From IMG/VR virus record IMGVR_UViG_3300009285_001996: DNA of 64,000 nucleotides; one strand, 5' to 3'. Of the stretch, positions 58,649-64,000 are shown in pieces; within the stretch, counting starts at the first letter, position 1, and each line of letters starts with the position of its first letter. A program made the position numbers and the translations under genes. Below the pieces are notes generated by a model. The model was not told where the DNA came from, searched no databases, and saw only the letters and a program-made list of their open reading frames with translations. The stretch is from a virus.

Positions 58649-58658
58649 TAGTATACAC
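58649..58658 (-). promoter_or_regulatory. putative late promoter motif GTGTATACTA
   Basis: terL-portal intergenic gap, ~45 nt upstream of the portal start. Confidence 0.45.
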
Positions 58659-58690
58659 CACAAGGAGGAGCGATCCCGAAAAAGAATTAC

Positions 58691-60784
58691 CTATCGTAAA
58701 ACCCCAGCCCCATAAGCCCCCGACATTTTCGACACAATATGTTCGGGTCCAACATACATGCGACCACCACCACCGCTTTTCCTTTGTTGTCCTACATACC
58801 CACCTACAACTGGATATGCAGGAGGTTTAAGGGGATTATTTATTAGGCGAGCAATCTGATTAGATATACAGAGGGCGGTATAGCGGTCCTTGCGAAGACG
58901 CCCCACCTTTCCTCCCGCCTTTTTAATTTCGGGGGTATCCCAGCGATCTCGCCCGCTACCAGTTTGGTCGTGAACGATAGTCGTTAACTCGTCTTTAAGG
59001 GATTCTATGTCTAATACACAATCTTCCAGTGTGTCGTATTCGCGGCTCTGCGCTCGGTCTACTTCTATTGCCCTACCTATTTCCGCACTATCGAAAAATG
59101 GGAAAAGGGTAGTTTTACTCTCTAAATCCTTACGTAAACCGTGGTTTGCCTCAGAGGTAAATTGCACATTTGCAAACTGAACCATGTGTAAAATATGAAG
59201 TCCCGCTTGACCGTCAGTTGGTTTATTTTCTTGCTCCCACCAAAACACATCATCCTTGCCTTGGCGAATATAGGGCCAGAAGGGTAATTCGCCGGGTTGT
59301 AATAACTCATTGTCGTGGAGGGCTTCCATGATGGCGATGCCACCGCCCTGTGCGTCAATACCAACGTGTTCGCTAGGAAAGATAGCTAACAACTCTCGTA
59401 TTTTCCTTGCACAGTAATTGTAGTACGATTTATCATTGGTAATTCCCTGTTTTTTTAGACGTTCACGCAATGTTTGTCGGTTGACAGTCCAACAGTACAC
59501 TATACGTTTGTGATCTCCACATAACTCCTCAATTACGATTGCAAAATTATCACTTTCTGAGGCGGGGTCTATTCCTAATATGTACTTTTTATTAGGATTT
59601 CCTCTAATAATAGCAGAAAAAGTAACAGGACCAGACGGCAGCACTATCGGCTTAATATCGGACGCCACACAACTTTCTATAAGGGAACGGCGGAAGAATC
59701 CCTCACTATCTTGCTGAAATATAGCGCAATACTCCATATTAAATAACGATTTCTGCATTGTTGCTTTTGCGGAAGCAATAGTGTCTGGGTCCATCAATCC
59801 TCGCGGAACTTGTGTCCAAGGAATTCTTAGTACCGAATAATTCCTCCAATTAAATCCATCTGGTATACTACCCATAAATATTTCTTCTAATTTATTCTTA
59901 TCACCCTGACTTTCTATTATTGCCTTATATCTTTTCCAGTATGAATGAAAAAAATTAAAACTGTATGTTGCCGTACCTGAAATCACGCATTGATTTCCGA
60001 ACCCCAAAGACTCTATTATATCAATAGCTTCTTCTTTTCGCCCTTGTTCATCTAGGAATTGTGCCCATAATATATTACTAATCTTTTCCTCTGGACTTGC
60101 CGACACAGATGTAAACCCTCTAATAACCACCTCGAAAATCTCTAATGGTATAGATGCCATTTCATCAGCTAAAACATAATTAGCTCGTAAACCCCTAATC
60201 TTTTCGCCTGTGCCTAATGGTATAGAATAAACTTCACTTTCCGCTATTTTAAAGGTGCATCTGTCGATGTCTCTTTTCGGACCCTCTCTTGTACTATTAC
60301 TACTACGAGTAACAAAGTCTCTAAATACAGGACTATTTAACCACATTCTCTCCATATACTCAAAAATCAGCTTTGATTGACGATAAGAACCAGCACATAG
60401 AACTGTTTTACTACCCTGATGAAATATAGCGCGTAATGTTGCATATAAAGCTAAAAGGAACGTTTTACCTAAACCTCTCACACCGATTAACATTGGTGAT
60501 TTTCTTGTCCATAATTCGTATAATATTGGCAACTGAAGTGGAATTAGTTTAATATTTAATAAGTGTTTGCATGTAAAATAAAAGTTTTCTGGCTTCCCCA
60601 TAAATCTTAAAAATTCATCGACTGGATCAGTAAGATCGCTAGAAAAAAGAAGGTCATTAAATTCGTCTGTCTTAATCAATGATGTATCAAAAAGTTTTTC
60701 TGTTTTAAAGTATTGCGTAAGGGGTCCAGCAAATACAATCTCCTCTCTTCTTGCGTCGTCCAACATAATATTAGTTGTTTCCAT
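58691..60784 (-). CDS. terL: terminase large subunit
   Basis: Walker A RGLGKT, IRGLRA..ADE Walker B, RNaseH-like LGIDPA, KDRYTA. Confidence 0.92.
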   Translation of the reverse strand: METTNIMLDDARREEIVFAGPLTQYFKTEKLFDTSLIKTDEFNDLLFSSDLTDPVDEFLRFMGKPENFYFTCKHLLNIKLIPLQLPILYELWTRKSPMLIGVRGLGKTFLLALYATLRAIFHQGSKTVLCAGSYRQSKLIFEYMERMWLNSPVFRDFVTRSSNSTREGPKRDIDRCTFKIAESEVYSIPLGTGEKIRGLRANYVLADEMASIPLEIFEVVIRGFTSVSASPEEKISNILWAQFLDEQGRKEEAIDIIESLGFGNQCVISGTATYSFNFFHSYWKRYKAIIESQGDKNKLEEIFMGSIPDGFNWRNYSVLRIPWTQVPRGLMDPDTIASAKATMQKSLFNMEYCAIFQQDSEGFFRRSLIESCVASDIKPIVLPSGPVTFSAIIRGNPNKKYILGIDPASESDNFAIVIEELCGDHKRIVYCWTVNRQTLRERLKKQGITNDKSYYNYCARKIRELLAIFPSEHVGIDAQGGGIAIMEALHDNELLQPGELPFWPYIRQGKDDVFWWEQENKPTDGQAGLHILHMVQFANVQFTSEANHGLRKDLESKTTLFPFFDSAEIGRAIEVDRAQSREYDTLEDCVLDIESLKDELTTIVHDQTGSGRDRWDTPEIKKAGGKVGRLRKDRYTALCISNQIARLINNPLKPPAYPVVGGYVGQQRKSGGGGRMYVGPEHIVSKMSGAYGAGVLR

Positions 60785-61235
60785 TATTTACAACCTCTTT
60801 AAAAATACAAGACGCCATTTCTTTACCACTATTACCACAAAACAAAATTTTAGTGTTATACTTCATTAGTAATTCCACGGTCTTTTTCATTACAAACTTT
60901 CCACTAAACTTACACTTAGATACAACCCGTGGTGGTAGCCCACAATTATGCGGATATAACAACATATCTGTTAGTTCAAATTCTAGTATAATAAACGAAT
61001 ATTTGTACAACTCTAAACGTTCAATCTCATTGACAAATCTTTGTTCTATAACATTATGGGCGAATTCGGCTACGCTACCCTTACGCTCGATAGATAGTAT
61101 ACTTTCAAACCCTTCTAAACTATAGTCTCCACTATCCAATTTTTTAACCATAGTCCCTAGACACTCTTTATATTTAGAGAAATACCATCCTTGATTTTCT
61201 TTTTCTCTTGTGTCACGGATTACGGTGTAGTTCAT
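60771..61235 (-). CDS. ERCC4-domain nuclease
   Basis: IRDTRE, LDSGDYSL, SIERK. Confidence 0.85.
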   Translation of the reverse strand: MNYTVIRDTREKENQGWYFSKYKECLGTMVKKLDSGDYSLEGFESILSIERKGSVAEFAHNVIEQRFVNEIERLELYKYSFIILEFELTDMLLYPHNCGLPPRVVSKCKFSGKFVMKKTVELLMKYNTKILFCGNSGKEMASCIFKEVVNNGNN

Positions 61236-62245
61236 TAGCAATTCTTACTTGAATAATCATGGTTAATTCTATTTTTTAATTGTTGTACCACATCGCTTTC
61301 CACCATAATCTTCACTAATTCCTTAAATTTTACTTTTGGCTCCCATCCCAAAACCCTCTTTGCTTTATCCGCACATCCTTTTAGATAATTAACTTCAGCG
61401 GGACGGATAAACTTCTGATCTACTTCCACGTAATCTCTATAATCTTTATTTATTACCGAAAACGCCTCTTGACAAAACTGTTCTACGCTATGTGTTTCGC
61501 TGGTAGCTATGACATAATCATCAGGTTTATCCTGCTGTAACATTAACCACATAGCATTACAATATTCGGGAGCATACCCCCAATCACGACTAGCCGAAAG
61601 ATTGCCTAATAATAAAGGTTTGGAATAACCATTAACGTAAAGGTCTGCGCAGTATTCGGAAATTTTTTTGGTTAAAAATAGAGACCCGCGACGTGGACCT
61701 TCGTGATTGAACAAAATTCCGCAACTAGCATGTAATCCATACGTTTCTCTATATAGTCTAACCAAATGATATGAAGCAACCTTACTAATAGCATATGGAG
61801 ACTGTGGTTGAAATGGAGTTGTTTCCCTTTGAAAACCGTCTTCATCAATAGATGAACCAAACTGTTCTGATGAACCAGCAAAATATAACCTAGAATTTAG
61901 CGATAATAATTTAATAGATTCTAATACGTTAATTGTACCTATTGTATTTATAGAAAAGCTCGCCGAGCTTTCTGAAAAAGAAGTACCCACATGGCTTTGT
62001 GCTGCTAAATGAAAAACATAATCGGGCTTTTCTTTAATAATATTATTTACTGATACTGGATCAGTTACGTCACATTCCCTATATTCAAACAACGGATTGT
62101 TTAACAGATGGCGTATTCTACACTTATTATCTGTGCTACTTCTCCTGCTAACACCTATGACACGAATTCCTTTTTCAACCATTTGATCGGCGACAGTCGA
62201 ACCATCCATGCCAGTACAGCCTATAACCGTCGCAAGTTTACTCAT
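61235..62245 (-). CDS. gmd: GDP-mannose 4,6-dehydratase
   Basis: GxxGxDGS, HLAAQSHV, SSE.FG, SPYAISK, GILFNHE.PRRG, LGNL.A.RDWG, RPAEV. Confidence 0.93.
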   Translation of the reverse strand: MSKLATVIGCTGMDGSTVADQMVEKGIRVIGVSRRSSTDNKCRIRHLLNNPLFEYRECDVTDPVSVNNIIKEKPDYVFHLAAQSHVGTSFSESSASFSINTIGTINVLESIKLLSLNSRLYFAGSSEQFGSSIDEDGFQRETTPFQPQSPYAISKVASYHLVRLYRETYGLHASCGILFNHEGPRRGSLFLTKKISEYCADLYVNGYSKPLLLGNLSASRDWGYAPEYCNAMWLMLQQDKPDDYVIATSETHSVEQFCQEAFSVINKDYRDYVEVDQKFIRPAEVNYLKGCADKAKRVLGWEPKVKFKELVKIMVESDVVQQLKNRINHDYSSKNC

Positions 62246-62255
62246 ATATAATCTC

Positions 62256-63083
62256 CTATTTATCATTCTTTAGCGGCGGACATAAAAACGGTATATCTAA
62301 CCCACCAGTATCATCGCCATAATCTACTGGTTGAGACAATCGTAATCTTTCTATTTCACCAGCTATTTGAGCTAAAACGTTAAGTCTACCCTCTTTGCGC
62401 CTATTTGGTTTCTCGCTTAAAATCTTTACTTTTTCCAAAAAGTTAACCCTAGATTCCTGCGCACTCTTAAAACGATTAGCACGATCCATCTTGAGTTGTC
62501 TTTGAGCCTCCTCTTTATGCTTCTGAATTTCCGCCGATTGCTTTTTCATCCCAGTAATAGTAATCAACCCAGTATTTCTTAACTGACTTAAAACTTGAAC
62601 TAATTGAGTATCCCTTTCCCCTATTGGTTTCTCATTCTCTTTTTTTAATGCTTTATTATTTTCTTTAATGTCAGACTCTATGGCTTTACACTGTCTACTT
62701 ATACGGTTAATTTCTATATCAAATAAGATATAATCTCGGACCATCAATTCGTCTGAATAAGAAATGCCTTGATCTGCGAACTGCTCCATCATTTTTGCCC
62801 ATGACTGTTCAAAATAAGCAATCTCATCTGGAAATAACTGCAATTTAATAGCGTTCCAGAGGTGAGAATTATGTAGTTTGTCGATTTCGTCCGTAAAAAT
62901 CTGAACTAATTCAGCTACGGGCTTCTTAGCTCGATATCTCATAACACAGTCTGTACTTCTATGCACCACATCCGAAATTTCCTTATCTGTATACCCGCTA
63001 TCTATCATGGTGTCGATTTGAAGTTTCTCATCTATCGTTAGACCCCCAGTTCTCAAACCACCCTTTTTATTGCTAGCCACCAT
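62256..63083 (-). CDS. HTH + coiled-coil protein (terminase small subunit candidate)
   Basis: N-terminal HTH-like segment, helical body, upstream of terL. Confidence 0.4.
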   Translation of the reverse strand: MVASNKKGGLRTGGLTIDEKLQIDTMIDSGYTDKEISDVVHRSTDCVMRYRAKKPVAELVQIFTDEIDKLHNSHLWNAIKLQLFPDEIAYFEQSWAKMMEQFADQGISYSDELMVRDYILFDIEINRISRQCKAIESDIKENNKALKKENEKPIGERDTQLVQVLSQLRNTGLITITGMKKQSAEIQKHKEEAQRQLKMDRANRFKSAQESRVNFLEKVKILSEKPNRRKEGRLNVLAQIAGEIERLRLSQPVDYGDDTGGLDIPFLCPPLKNDK

Positions 63084-63098
63084 ATCGTTACTCCAACA

Positions 63099-63599
63099 TT
63101 ATAAAATGCTTGGCACTATATTATTTATCTTTTTATCTTTCAACTTGTCACTATTTAATACTGGTGAATCAGTCCCAACTTTCTTACTATTTAATCTTTC
63201 CACGTATTCATCAAACTTTTTAATTACAGAAGTTTTAGCCTCAATATTGGTTTTACTTTCTAAGACATCGACGGTTTCCTGCACTGGCTCATAATAACCA
63301 CAAAACGGATAATATACACACATCTTCTCAAACTCCAAAATTTCATCTTCTGTTAATTCGTATATATCAAACAATTCTTCTTCAAATTCTTCTAAGTCTC
63401 TAATGCCTCGTTTCTTAGCTGGTTTCAAAAATCTGCTAACAAATAATGTTAATTCGTTAAGAGTTTCCGCCCTGACTTGCTGATCTAATAGTTCAACAGC
63501 TACTTTACTAGCCTCTTCAGCCTGTAATACTTTTCTCTGCTTATATCTTTTATACGGTAATATGGGCAGGGAAAGTAATGTAATAACGAAATTCTTCAT
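63099..63599 (-). CDS. hypothetical protein
   Basis: 166 aa, AAGGA RBS. Confidence 0.55.
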   Translation of the reverse strand: MKNFVITLLSLPILPYKRYKQRKVLQAEEASKVAVELLDQQVRAETLNELTLFVSRFLKPAKKRGIRDLEEFEEELFDIYELTEDEILEFEKMCVYYPFCGYYEPVQETVDVLESKTNIEAKTSVIKKFDEYVERLNSKKVGTDSPVLNSDKLKDKKINNIVPSIL

Positions 63600-63616
63600 A
63601 AGAACATCCTTTACAG

Positions 63617-64000
63617 TTAACTTGAAAATTTGTTATAAAAACTCAGTATTCGCTTAACTTCGGCTTCCACTTTTTCTACTCTTTGTTTGGGTATTCTAGT
63701 ACCCTCTCTCCAACACAGATAATCCCGCCGTAAATTAGCAGGAAGGTGTTTATCTACAAATTCCAGAATATCCGCTTTATCTATTTCTTCTGCAAAATCC
63801 ACTTCATAGGCGTTTTGTTCACAGACCGTACTATCAATTCGGGATGGTGTTAAGAGATTTTTCTTTGTGGTATTTAGATTACGCCACTCGTTATAGCGTG
63901 GACATTCCAGTTTGTCTAGGTAAACAGAACATTCGGAACTATAGTGTGGGCAGGAAAGGCAGGGAAGAACATTACGGAAGAACTTGTCTCGGCGCAAATT
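63617..64000 (-). CDS. C-terminal part of a gene cut by the window edge; possibly a sigma-factor-like regulator
   Basis: frame open to the edge; CxxCP..C..C cluster and terminal helical region; heads the late operon. Confidence 0.35.
   Translation of the reverse strand, partial: NLRRDKFFRNVLPCLSCPHYSSECSVYLDKLECPRYNEWRNLNTTKKNLLTPSRIDSTVCEQNAYEVDFAEEIDKADILEFVDKHLPANLRRDYLCWREGTRIPKQRVEKVEAEVKRILSFYNKFSS

Noticed and set aside
58691-60784. Intein or intron in the 697-aa terminase
   Set aside because: No C/S...HN splice motifs or LAGLIDADG block; ATPase and nuclease motifs are colinear in one frame.
1-64000. Alternative genetic code (TAG or TGA reassigned), suggested by in-frame stops at 7128, 9469 and 9490
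   Set aside because: Long essential genes are uninterrupted in code 11. Many TAG and TGA stops coincide with TAGTG or ATGA overlaps. The stops would need two different reassignments.
1-64000. tRNA genes, CRISPR array, rRNA
   Set aside because: Intergenic gaps are short, and no cloverleaf or regularly spaced direct repeats were seen by eye. tRNAscan-SE and a CRISPR finder were not run.

Overview
A 64-kb segment of a large tailed dsDNA phage (Caudoviricetes), mostly about 30-45% GC, standard genetic code. It is probably siphovirus-like: there is a ~1890-aa tape measure protein and a tail-tube candidate, and no recognisable sheath gene. Two gene blocks converge at about 21.5 kb. The + strand block (1-21476) is accessory. 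It has three DNA methyltransferases and about 15 glycan-tailoring enzymes (GT-A/GT2/exostosin-like glycosyltransferases, four tandem FkbM-family and four other small SAM methyltransferases, one sulfotransferase-fold protein). It also has a thermonuclease, a Rad52/Erf-like annealing protein, and several free-standing zinc-ribbon/PD-(D/E)xK endonucleases plus their deletion scars. The - strand block (21525-64000) is the morphogenesis operon, read right to left: sigma-like fragment, terS candidate, gmd, ERCC4 nuclease, terL, portal, protease/scaffold, decoration, MCP, fibre-like proteins, neck, tail tube, chaperones, TMP, a sulfotransferase, tail-tip proteins, an endonuclease and an unannotated Pro/Cys-rich lipoprotein. 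The most striking pattern is a possible phage-encoded glycosylation, methylation and sulfation pathway, two of whose enzymes (Gmd and a sulfotransferase) are built into the virion assembly operon. No tRNA, CRISPR array, RT/DGR, intron or intein was recognised. All calls come from motif reading by eye; no database searches were run.
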